DNA of 64,000 nt from Eledone cirrhosa (taxonomy: Eukaryota): the NCBI GenBank assembly GCA_964016885.1, contig OZ024743.1:321284001-321348000 (forward strand), read 5' to 3'. Numbering within the stretch: the first letter of the stretch is position 1; each line of letters starts with the position of its first letter. Of this stretch, positions 12,121 to 23,559 are shown one piece after another. The notes beneath the pieces were generated by a model, which was given only the letters and a program-made list of their open reading frames with translations, did not search any database and was not told where the DNA came from. A program made the translations under genes and the position numbers.

Positions 12121-15047
12121 CCAATTCAATGAACAATATAAAAGAGATAATTGGCAATTTAGGTTCTGGAACAAAAAAGATAATTGGCAATAAGGGCAGC
12201 GGCCCCAGGTTAACACAGCCTGGGCCCGCTCGTCATCGTGCCATTGTAATAGAGCCAAACAAGGCATTTAGTCTTGGCTGCTGGAACGTACGGACGCTGC
12301 TTGACAGGGATTCCTTGGAGCGTCTTGAACGAAGGACCGCTCTTGTTGCAAAGGAGCTTCGACGTTACGATCTTGACATCATGGCTTTATCTGAGACGAG
12401 GTTAGCTGGAGATGGTCATCTTACAGAGTTTTATGGAGAATATACATTCTTCTGGAAAGGAAGAGATGAAGGAACCAGAAGAGACGCTGGGGTAGGATTT
12501 GCTGTTAAGACTGTTCTTGTGAATAAATTAGAAGAATTCCCAGTAGGGATTAGTGAGCGTCTTATGTCCATGAGAGTTCCGCTGGACAAAGGAAGATATG
12601 TTACCCTGGTGAGTGCGTATGCTCCAACTATGAATTCTGTCGATGAAGAAAAAGTGTCCTTTTACCATGCCTTGAAAGGTGTTTTAAGAAATATCCCTCA
12701 GGCAGACAAAGTCATCGTGCTTGGTGACTTTAATGCTAGAGTGGGTAGGGATTTTAACACATGGAATGTAATCGGAAGGCATGGGGTGGGAAAGTGTAAC
12801 AACAATGGTATGCTCCTGCTGCAGATGTGTGAGGAGCTGGATCTGTGTGTTACCAACATCATGTTCCAACAAAAGAACAAATTCAAGACCACATGGATGC
12901 ATCCTGCATCTAAGGAATGGCATCTTTTGGACTACGTCCTAGTCAGGATGCGTGACAGACAGGATGTACAGTGTGTTCGTGCTCTTCGTGGAGCTGAGTG
13001 CTGGACGGACCACCGCCTGGTACACGCAAAAGTGAAACTAATCACGAAATGTAAAATCCGGGCTGCTGGTGTTGCCCTGCCCAAAAGATTGAATGCTGCT
13101 CGTCTTAAGGATAAAAATGTGAAGAGGACATTGGAAGAAGAGATACAGGCTGCAGATCTTGGTGAGGATTGGCCGACCCTTAAAAAGTCGGTTTATGATG
13201 TAGGCAGGCGTGTTCTGGGATTGGTGCAGAGAAAACATCAGGACTGGTTTAATGAGAATGATGTACATATAGAAGACTTGTTGGCTGATAAGAGGCGTGC
13301 TCTGTCACGCTACTTGACGGCAAAACCACAGGAGAGGAATACGTTGCATGAGGAACTCAGGGATGTAAAATCACGTGTTAGGCCGAGTCTTTCTCAGATG
13401 AAGGATCAGTGGTGGAGTGAGAAGGCTGGTGAGATACAAACTGCGTCAGATTCCAATAACACAAAGCTGTTGTACAGTCTCTTGCGTGAGGTTTATGGAC
13501 CGTCTTCTTCTCTGGTGACACCGCTTCGCAGCAAGGATGGCAAATAACGTCTTCGTGACTCACAAGGAATTCTACAAAGGTGGCGAGAGCACTTTGATGA
13601 TCTTTTGAATCAGCCGTCTGTTGTCAGTGAAGATTTCCTCAATCTGATTCCAGAAAGTCCTGTGAAAGTAGCTCTCGCAGAACCTCCGACGCTTGTGGAG
13701 GTTGCAGTGGCTATTTCGAAGCTGAACAGTGGAAGATCTCCAGGTATGGATGGAATACATGCTGAGCTCTTTGTTTGGCAGGATATTGGCTAATGAATCC
13801 GTACCTGAGAACTGGAGAGATGCAGTAATGGTGGTCTTGTACAAGGGAAAGGGTAACAGGAATGATTGTGGGAACTACAGAGGTATATCATTGCTTTCTG
13901 TCGTAGGGAAAGTTTTATGTAGGGTGCTTCTGGACCGTCTGCTGACACACATTGCAGATTGTGTTCTTCCTGAAAGTCAATCTGGTTTTCGTGCTGGACG
14001 CGGCACTACTGATATGATCTTCTCAGCTAGACAGCTCCAGGAGAAGTGCATGGAACAAGGCTTGGATCTGTATCAGGTTTTTGTCGATCTGAAAAAAGCT
14101 TTTGATACTGTTAACAGAGATGCATTATGGAAGGTTCTCCAGAAACATGGTTGCCCTGATAAGTTCTTTGCTTTAGTTAGGTCTTTCCATGACGATATGA
14201 AGGCTTGGGTTAATGTCGGAGGTAACATGTCGGAGCCTATCTCAGTAAAAAATGGAGTGAAACAGGGGGATATTCCAGCACCGACCCTGTTTGCCATATA
14301 CTTTGCAATGGTTTTCTGTATTGCATTCAGGAATTGCGAGCATGGTGTTTACATCTGATATCGAACCTCAGGTAGCATATTTAACATCAGGCGCTTTGCT
14401 GCGAAGACAAAAGTATTTACATCAATCATAAGAGACCTCTTGTATGCAGATGATTGCGATCTTGTAGCGCACACAGAGAGTGATATGCAGCACATTTTGA
14501 ATGCATTTTCTGACGCTTGCACTGCCCTAGGATTGACTGTCAGTCTCAAGAAAACCGTCGTCATGTACCAACCTGCCCCTGGTAAGCAGTACACTGAACC
14601 AAACATCTATGTGTATGGCAAACGACTTGGAGTGGTTGATCAGTTTGTCTACCTGGGAAGCACTGTCAATCGATACAGCAACCTTGACAGTGAAATCTCA
14701 CTTAGGATTGGGAAAGCAAGTGATGCTTTCGGAAAGCTAGAAAGGCGACTCTGGGGTCGGCGAGACATATGCAGGAGGACAAAGGTAAAGGTGTACAGGG
14801 CATGTGTGCTCTCTTGTCTTCTTTATGCTTGCGAGACCTGGGTCACATATCGACACCACCTTAAGCAATTGGAGCGTTTCCATCAGATGTGTCTCAGACG
14901 GATCCATGGCGTTCACTGGAGGGACCACATCAGTGATGTCGAGATTTTGGAAAGCTCTATGTGTGACAGTATAGAATCTCTTGTGCTTAAGCAACGACTC
15001 CGTTGGAGTGGTCACCTTGCCAGGATGAAGGATTCTAGAATACCAAA
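12121..15047 (+). mobile_element. 5' and central part of an RTE (BovB-like) LINE: APE endonuclease and RT, pseudogenised
   Basis: EN motifs WNVRTL, ALSETR, SAYAPT, LGDFNARVG, HLLDYVL and WTDH. RT motifs NYRGISLLS, QSGFRAGRGT, FVDLKKAFD, GVKQGD and YADD. In-frame stops at 13545 and 14356, and a deletion/frameshift near 13770. Confidence 0.95.
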
Positions 15048-15077
15048 CATACATACATACATACATACATACATACA

Positions 15078-15108
<31 letters not shown>
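15048..15108. repeat. (CATA)n microsatellite
   Basis: Directly visible; abuts the LINE breakpoint. Confidence 0.95.
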
Positions 15109-15110
<2 letters not shown>

Positions 15111-15602
15111 GTATAAACAAATTAAATTGAAAATAGAGTTTTGAGATGCGAGTATATTAGGATTCTCAGGAAAATGGGAAAACTCGGCATATGGAAGCTG
15201 TTAGAACAGCAAAGTACTGTTGAAGCAGCGTTGGGTAAAATATTACCTCGAAGGACAGAGATCAGCAACTAGATGTGAGTTGACTCGAAGGAAAGAAGAA
15301 AAAGAATGGATGAAAGCAAACAGATCACAAACATAATATGCTCTTCAGGTCTCAACCTTTTACAGTTTCGACAAATTAATGAGATTACAGCAGGGAATAG
15401 GAGGCTCGTAATGGAGAAACAAATATCTTCATTCATATGTTGTTTGTGTTGGGACAGGTTAGAGAGAAAGAGAGAAAGATGAAGTGCATCTGATCAACCT
15501 CAAGTCGTTGCGAGAACGGAAGAATATTGGCGTCTGTAGAGCTGGTCTGTAGAAGGGAGAGAGGGGAAGGAAGAAAGTAACAGTGGGAGAGAGGGGGAAC
15601 TA

Positions 15603-16420
15603 TATAATATTTGTAAATCGAACTTTAGCTGCATTACAGCAAGTACTGTTCGATTTCTTTAAGGTAATCACAAAGCACTGAATGGATCAAAAGTTAAAAA
15701 CAACATTAAGTCCAGAGTTAACACCGTAGTTATAAAATGTGACACCAAGAAAATCACCTGAAAACACAAACTATACATACAACAAAATAACGATAGATAC
15801 AAAAAGGTTTTTCATGTCTGGACCATCTCTGATTGATTAAAATCGATATAAACAATAAAATCTCAGATAGGTTTCTGGAACCCCTGGAAGTTATATAACA
15901 AGTTATATAATGCACAAGTAATACAGATAATATATATGTACTGGAATTCCTTCATCTGCAGGTTTTGTCCTTTTTAAAATTTCATCAAGACTACAGATTT
16001 CATGCTACATGTAGCAGTAATTCAGTCTGTAGTCATGTGACCTTACTCAAAGGAAGAAGTCAACTAGTCATAACTTTTGGTGGTTAATTTTGGATATGAG
16101 AACAAAAGAATTTTCACAGCCTCAAAAAACGAAGCTCTCCACTAGAATTTGTAAATGAAAGATAACTAAATATAACTAGATCATCTTCGATTGAATACAT
16201 GGGTCTAGGTGAATAGATTATAATAGTTGTAAATCAAACTTAAGCTGCAGTGCAGCAAATGCTATTCGATTTGTTTGAGGCAATCACAAAGAACTCAATG
16301 GATCAAAAGTTAAAAACAAACCTTAAGTCCAGAGTTAACACCATAGTTATAAAATGTGACACCAAGAAAACTGACCGAGTGCACAAACTATACATACAAA
16401 AAATTACGACAGATACAAAA
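15603..16420. repeat. Pair of ~200-bp diverged direct repeats (15603-15804 and 16219-16420)
   Basis: Both read tataata..tgtaaatc.aact.tagctgca...aatggatcaaaagttaaaaacaa...aagtccagagttaacacc.tagttataaaatgtgacaccaagaaaa...agatacaaaa. Confidence 0.85.
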
Positions 16421-16446
16421 TATATATGTATATATATATATATATA

Positions 16447-16543
16447 AAGTTGTTAGTATCATCAGGACTCTATATTCAAATATGAATGCTAGGCTTACTA
16501 TAGATGGTGAATTGTCGAACCCTATCAACTACAATAGTGGGGT
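16447..16543 (+). mobile_element. Short RTE RT fragment
   Basis: Reads KVVSIIRTLYSNMNARLTIDGELSNPINYNSGV, the segment just before the GVKQG motif. Confidence 0.55.
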
Positions 16544-16586
16544 ATTGAGATAAGGAAAGTAGAGATATGTATGTTTATTTGTGTGC

Positions 16587-16648
<62 letters not shown>

Positions 16649-18342
16649 GAAGATGATTCTATTAGTAGAAATGGGGGAGGGAGTTGTGTGTGTGTGTATG
16701 GGTGTTATGTGTGTGTGTGTGTGTATGTGTGTGTGGGAGTATGGTTGGTATGTTAAGATGGAGGGAATATATATATTTTGTGTGTGTGTGTGTTATGTGT
16801 GTGTATATGTGTGTGGGGGGGGGTATGGTTAGCATGTTAAGATAGAGAGAATATATATTTTTTGTGTGTGTGCGTGTGTGTAGGAAAGTGATTCTATTAG
16901 TAGAAATGGGCGAGGGAGTTGTGTGTGTGTGGGTGTTATGTGTGTGTGTATGGGTGTTATGTGCGTGTGTGTGTATGTGAGTGTGGGAGTATGGTTAGCA
17001 TGTTAAGATGGAGAGAATATATATATTTTTGTGTGTGTGTGTGTAGCAAAATGATTCCTTTAGTAGAAATGGGGGAGAGAGTTATGTGTGTGTGGGGTGT
17101 GTGGTTAGCATGTTAAGGTGTTAGAGTATTAACGTATGTTAAGGTTCATTTAGTTCTGGTTTTTATTTTCTAAAGTAGATGGTGTTATGTATGTGTGTAT
17201 GTATGTGTCTGTTTGGATGGTTAGCATGTTATGGTGTTGACATAATGTATATTAAACTATATTTAATGCTGGTCTATATTTGTGAATACACATATTTTCT
17301 TTATTTATTCGTATTTGTTCTGTTGTATTGTCAGCGCAAAAACAAAAGACAACCGAAATCACTAAAAACATTACTCACCAATGCCAAATTACCTACCACA
17401 AACCCACAACCAACTGTCAAAAAATGTGGTCGCTCTAATTGTGGAACCTTCACTCTCCTCATTGAAGGCACCATGTATACATTTCAATCAAGAGAAAATT
17501 TTGCTGTAAAAAATCATTTCACTTGCTCATCAAAAAATCTAATTTATGCCATTAAATGTAAAGGATGCAATGAAGATTATATAGGACAAACTAATCTCAC
17601 ACTCAGAAACAAAATGACAGTTCATCGCCAACAATTACGAGATCCAACCACGAGACAGATACCACTATAAGTGCACATCTAGACATATGCGCAAGTAATA
17701 AGACACCCAAATTCCAAGTCTTCCCATTTTACCTTTGTGCTGACAATACAACAGAACAAATACGAATAAATAAGGAAAATATGTTTATTCAAAAATATAG
17801 ACGAGCATTAAATATAGTTTAATATACATTATGTCAACACCATAACATGCTAACCATCCAAACAGACACATACACACACACATAACACCTTCTACTTTAG
17901 AAAATAAAAACCAGAGCTAAATAAACCTTAACATCCGTTAATACTCTAACATCTTAACATGCTAACCACACACCCCTCACACACATAACTCTCTCCCCCA
18001 TTTCTCTTAAAGGAATCATTTTCCTACACACACACACACACACACAAAATATATATATTCTCTCTATCTTAACATGCTAACCATACACCCGCACACACAT
18101 AACACCCATACGCACACACATAACACCCACACACACAACTCCCTCCCCCATTTCTACTATTAGAATCACTTTCCTACACACACACACAAAATATATATAT
18201 TCTCTCCATCTTAACATGCTAACCATACTCCCGCACACACACACACAACTCCCTCCCCCATTTCTACTAATAGAATCATCTTCCTACACACACACACAAG
18301 CACACAAATAAACATACATATCTCTACTTTCCTTATCTCAAT
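16543..18342 (+). mobile_element. Penelope-like element 3' end (GIY-YIG endonuclease) with an inverted copy of its tail upstream
   Basis: 17335-17820 encodes RQPKSLKTLL...KCGRSNC...FTCSSKNLIYAIKCKGCNEDYIGQT..LRNKMTVH. The segment 16543-17340 is the reverse complement of about 17733-18342. Confidence 0.85.
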
Positions 18343-18422
18343 AGAAAGTCTGAATTTTGACACCCCAGCGAACCAGCCATATTCACTGAACCAGAACAAT
18401 TCCCCCATCCCATTTCTCTTGA

Positions 18423-19109
18423 CCATTATCTTTTGTTTGGCACAAAATTCTCTAAAAGGCTACAAAATAAATTCCCAAATATGGGCGCAAAATTTAATGA
18501 ACTTGTTCACGTGACAGTCATAATTTCATTTATAACCAATCAAATTACATTTATAAAAAAAAGCCTTCGTGAGCCACTTTTTTTTATGTAAAAAGTAATT
18601 GAAACAAACTGGCGCGAAAGCTGATGTGCTTATTCACGTGACTGCATCAACCAACCAAACTTCACTCCACTCATATATGAAAAGACAGCCTGAGCCCCCC
18701 CCCCCACTTTGTTTGAAGAACTTTGTAACGCGAACTGGCGCGAAATTTATTATACTTGGTGTTAGGAAGGGCATCCATTATCTTTTGTTTGGCACAAAAT
18801 TCTCTAAAAGGCTACAAAATAAATTCCCAAATATGGGCGCAAAATTTAATGAACTTGTTCACGTGACAGTCATAATTTCATTTATAACCAATCAAATTAC
18901 ATTTATAAAAAAAAGCCTTCGTGAGCCACTTTTTTTTATGTAAAAAGTAATTGAAACAAACTGGCGCGAAAGCTGATGTGCTTATTCACGTGACTGCATC
19001 AACCAACCAAACTTCACTCCACTCATATATGAAAAGACAGCCTGAGCCCCCCCCCCCACTTTGTTTGAAGAACTTTGTAACGCGAACTGGCGCGAAATTT
19101 ATTATACTT
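18423..19109. repeat. Near-perfect tandem duplication, period 352 bp
   Basis: ccattatcttttgtttggcac... starts at 18423 and 18775, and both units end ...cgaaatttattatactt. Confidence 0.95.
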
Positions 19110-19162
19110 ATTCAACAACCAATCAAATTACTTCTCTAAAAACCTGGCATTTAGAGCCACTC

Positions 19163-19692
19163 TATGTGTAGAAAACAAGTAACATTCAAAAACCAACCAG
19201 ATGTTAGAAAAACCACAGACCCTCCATGTCAACTCTACTTTTGAAAAGCAGAAGAACTGCGAAACCAGTAAAGGAACCAAATAAATATATATATATTTTA
19301 AAAAAAAAAGACTCCAGTTGCATTTTCGATTTCATTGTTTTTCCTTATACTTTCACTCGTGTAGGACACCTCGGTTATTTTTCATTTTGTAAAAAAAAAC
19401 CTCACTTTCTAATAATATATATATATATATATATATTTTTATATCTGTTTTTTTTTATTTTTTTATTTATTTTTATTTTTCCCTTCTTTTCGTGTTCTTT
19501 ACTTGTTAACTTCCCTCCTTACTTCCTCTTGGAGTTCATCTCAACTTCCCTGGTGAAGGACTTTTCAACTATATATAGTTCAAAACATCGAAACCTCCTT
19601 TACTCCCACCAAACGTGAACCTAATACAACTATGTACAATTGACTCCTGTGTTTATTTGATCTTTTCAACTATATATATGTGTGTGTGCGTG

Positions 19693-19729
<37 letters not shown>

Positions 19730-19902
19730 GCGAAATCGAAAATGCAACTGGAGTCTTTTTTTTTTTAAATATATATATATTTATTTGGTTCCTTTACTGG
19801 TTTCGCAGTTCTTCTGCTTTTCAAAAGTAGAGTTGACATGGAGGGTCTGTGGTTTTTCTCACATCTGGTTGGTTTTTGAATGTTACTTGTTTTCTACACA
19901 TA
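19163..19902. repeat. About 170-bp near-perfect inverted repeat (19163-19333 / 19732-19902)
   Basis: Arm 1 is tatgtgtagaaaacaag...gttgcattttcgatttc; its reverse complement is gaaatcgaaaatgcaac...cttgttttctacacata. Confidence 0.9.
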
Positions 19903-20049
19903 TATTAAATACAAAGTAAAAACCTACTACAGTCAGTAGGCATCTCTATCAAAACACCCCCCCCCCCCGTCCCACCACCTCCACCCCATCCACACCGCCC
20001 CTTTCAATGTACAGTTATGTTGGTCCCACAACATCCAGGCCGAAACAAA

Positions 20050-20419
20050 TGAGATCGTGTAGGTGTCACGACAAAAAAACACACAGTCCACGCTGTAAAT
20101 GTGGCCGTGTAGGCAACACGGTAAAAACCTCCCAGCCCCACACTGTAAATGTGGTTGGTGTTAGGAAGGGCATCCAGCTGTAGAAAACCCGCCAGACAGT
20201 CCACGCTGTAATGTGGCCGTGTAGGCAACATGGTAAAAACCTCCCAGCCCCACACTGTAAATGTGGTTGGTGTTAGGAAGGGCATCCAACTGTAGAAAAC
20301 CCGCCAGACAGTCCTATGCGAGCAAGACAACCACTCTTGCCTCAAGTGGGAAAACCCCCGTCCAAACCCATGCAAGCGTGGAACACGGACGCTAAACCTG
20401 ATGATGATGATGATGATGA

Positions 20420-20422
<3 letters not shown>
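20050..20422 (+). mobile_element. RTE-type 3' tail / RTE-mobilised SINE with a 113-bp internal tandem repeat and (GAT)n end
   Basis: ggttggtgttaggaagggcatcca.ctgtagaaaacc occurs twice (units at 20084 and 20197), followed by ccatgcaagcgtggaa..cggacg..aaac(gat)n. Confidence 0.7.
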
Positions 20423-20461
<39 letters not shown>

Positions 20462-20465
<4 letters not shown>

Positions 20466-20710
20466 TCTTCATCATCATCGATTGATGTCTATTTTCCACG
20501 TTAGCATGGGTTAGACAGGTTTGTCCCATTTAGAAGCAAGTTAGGTCGAGTGACCATGTCTTTCTCATATATGAGCGTTTCTGGATGGTTTTCTAGGGTT
20601 GGATGGCCTTCCTTATGCCAACCACATTGACGGTGTGTGCTGGGTTTTCTTGTTGTGACACCTACACGATCACTTTACAGTGTGGGCTGGATGATTTGTG
20701 GTACCAGCAT
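20462..20710 (-). mobile_element. Inverted copy of the same RTE-type tail family
   Basis: Reads (cat)n...ttccacgttagcatgggttagac...ggatggccttccttatgccaaccac. Confidence 0.6.
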
Positions 20711-21001
20711 AATTTATATATATATATATATATATATATACATACATGCACCTATCATGATAATGATATACACATATATATATTTGCGTGCATATACATA
20801 TCCCATATATATGTAATATACATACACACTTCGTATATATACACATATAAATATATATATATATCATCAACCTCGTCGTTTAACATCCATCATTCATGGG
20901 TAGGATGGATTGACCCTTAGGGAAAAAACAGGTCAAAGGACCATGTTTAACTCACCCAGGGCAGATTTTGACTTGGTTTCTACATATAAATATATGTATA
21001 G

Positions 21002-21016
<15 letters not shown>

Positions 21017-21090
<74 letters not shown>
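21017..21090. repeat. (TA)n microsatellite
   Basis: Long pure TA run. Confidence 0.95.
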
Positions 21091-21096
<6 letters not shown>

Positions 21097-21167
21097 TATA
21101 TGTATAACCATGCTAGCGTGGAAGATGGACGTTAAACGAATATGATGATTTATATACATATATATAC

Positions 21168-21882
21168 AAACAGCAATGTTACTTTGGTAGTGAGACCTGG
21201 GCGCTGTGTGTAGAAAACTTATGTAGATTAGAAAGAAACGTAGCTTGCATCCTCCAATGGATGTGTAATGGTAATATACACGAACGGCAAAGCATAAACA
21301 AATTGAAAGAGAGACTAAGCATAAGAGAAATCAAATGCTGTGTGCAGGAGAGGAGGTTGCATTGATATGAACATGTTATGTGTATGAAGTATGACAGCTG
21401 CATAAAAAGGTGCAGAGCACTAAAAGTCAATGAAAACATTGGAGTTGGGGAGACCCAAGAAAATCTGGGATGAGATAATAAAACTGACCTTGATAATTGA
21501 ACCTCTCAAAAGCGATGAGACAGGACCGAGACCTCTGGCATTATGCAGTAATACAGGAAATCCAACACCCACGGGTACAAGCTGAAGAATATAGACAGTA
21601 TGCCCCCAACACCTATCCCACTGTAAATTGGTCGTGCAGGTGTCACAACAAAAATCACCCAGTCCACACTGTAAAGTGGTTGTGTAGGTACCACGGTAAA
21701 AAAGCACCTAGTACTCACTGTAAATGAGGTTGGTGTTAGGAAGGGCATCTAGCTGTAGAAATCAAGCCAAAATCAGTTCCGTATGAGCAAGACATGGCCA
21801 CCTGACCTGGCATTGCCAACAATAGGACAACGTGTCTAACCAATGGAAGAATGGATGTAAAACGTTGATGATGATGATGATA
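21168..21882 (+). mobile_element. 5'-truncated RTE-clade LINE, decayed 3' end with tail
   Basis: Reads GSETWALCVENLCRLERN...CCVQERRLH*YEHV...GRPKKIWDEII, then tail motif ggttggtgttaggaagggcatc and (GAT)n. Confidence 0.75.
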
Positions 21883-22091
21883 TATATATATATAACGAAG
21901 GAAGTGTGGTAAGGAATCAGGTGGACCATAACGCACCAGAGTACTTTTGTTCTCCATCTCAATCTTTTCGCAAACAGGTCGATTTTTTGCGTGAGCATCC
22001 GTAGGTAATGTTTTCTCGGTCCAGAAATAGCCGTCGAAACGGCTTGAGCTCTGCCGTCAGGGTCCTGAACATTTTCCTATATATATATATA

Positions 22092-22370
22092 TCATCATCG
22101 TCATCATCCCCGTTTTACGTCTGTTCTTCCACGCTAGCATGGGTTAGACAGGTTGTCCTGTTGTGAGCAGTTGCTGGTCGGCTGACCTTGTCTTGCTCAT
22201 ATGGGAACTGATTGTGGCTTGATTTCTACAGCTGGATGCCCTTCCTAACACCAACCTCATTTACACTGAGTGCTGGGTGCTTATTTCCGTGGTGCCTACA
22301 CGTCCACTTTACAGTGTGGGTTGAGTGCTTTTTTGCCGTGACACCTCCACGACCACTTTGCAGTGGAAAG
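22092..22370 (-). mobile_element. RTE-type tail copy, reverse orientation
   Basis: Contains tttctacagctggatgcccttcctaacaccaacc and has a (CAT)n end. Confidence 0.7.
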
Positions 22371-22399
22371 ATAGGGACCACAGTCCTATCATCACATTT

Positions 22400-22530
22400 C
22401 TACTGCTGAGTAAACTTGAGTAATGTGAAATAAAGTGTCTTGTTCAAGGAAAAAACACATCCCCCAGTCCGAGAATCAAACTCACAACCTTTCGATTGCA
22501 AGCCCAAAGCTCTAACCACTAAGCCATGTA
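22400..22530 (-). mobile_element. Second tRNA-derived SINE family fragment (related fragment at ~3285-3360, + strand)
   Basis: Reverse complement reads catggcttagtggttagag...tgagtttgattc...ccttgaacaagacactttatttcac. Confidence 0.6.
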
Positions 22531-22769
22531 ATAGAGACAATGGAAAGGGTAAATTTGAAGGTTATATTGAGAAAATTATGGACATTAATAAGTACTTTCT
22601 TGTCCATGAGTGACAGGCATAGATTTTGTGAGTAGAGGATCCATGTAGAAAAGATGTTAATTATCACAGACACAATTATTTTCTTAATTAAGAAAGGATG
22701 TGTATATGTGAATGTGTGTGAGTGTGTATATGTTTAAATAGTAATTATGTTGCAATATTGTATTTTCAG

Positions 22770-22965
22770 CTTCACACTGAAAATGTGAATGGAAAAACAC
22801 TTCTTTTTGACGAAATTGGAATCTCGAGTAGAAGATGGAACACTGTTTGTTTCAATGTAACAGCAAACATGAACACTAGCTTCATATTTACTGCCACAAA
22901 AGGTTATGAATATAACAAACATATTGCTCTGATGGATGTTGGTTTCAAAGAAGGAAATTGTGAAG
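22770..22965 (+). CDS. Exon (phase 0-1): C-terminal part of the MAM domain
   Basis: tattttcag acceptor and AAG|gtgaga donor. The 196 nt read LHTENV...RRWNTVCF...FIFTATKG...HIALMDVGFKEGNCE, matching the MAM W...FE..G...IA.DD....G.C pattern. Joins the exon ending at 10042 in frame. Confidence 0.85.
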
Positions 22966-23020
22966 GTGAGATAGCTTACACCTCTCTTTTTCTCATTCTC
23001 TCACTACCTCTCCTGCTTTG

Positions 23021-23073
<53 letters not shown>

Positions 23074-23559
23074 GACTATGAACACATTATCATACAGTGG
23101 TTTATCTTATTTCTTGTATTTTTTATACACATCACTGCTCCCTTGACGTGCCTGTTCCAACTATATCACCTAGGCAGTCATCCTCATCCTCATCAACATC
23201 CTCATCATCATTTAATGTCTAGTCAGGGTTGGACAGATCTTCAAAGATTGAGTCAGTACCTAAGTGGGGACACTGACCTCCAAGACAGGCCTAGAATTCG
23301 CATCATGCTTGCATATGGCTCCATGTTCTATCAAGTGCATTTATCGTGGAACCAACATTAGAAAATGACCTCTTTGATTCTTAAGTTGCACACATTACTT
23401 TCCGTCACCTCTATGGTGACCTCAATGTTTGGGCTGCACCATCTGTCAAGTTGATTTTTAACAGAAGAAGCTCTTGTCATTATGTGCTCCTTGTCCTGTG
23501 TATGCTAGATCTACATGGTATTTATGATGTACGAGGAGCTACAATTTTTACATTTTGTC

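Noticed and set aside
15140-15600. Possible PLE tail with hammerhead pieces on the minus strand (GAAAC, CTGAAGAG)
   Set aside because: Motif order and stems do not assemble into a full ribozyme; the region is too decayed to support.
18599-19139. Duplicated ORFs starting MKQTGAKAD
   Set aside because: They are a by-product of the 352-bp tandem duplication, with TTG starts and no recognisable domain.
16581-21107. Numerous CV/YI-rich ORFs (also 11063-11469)
   Set aside because: These are translations of (TG)n and (TA)n microsatellites.
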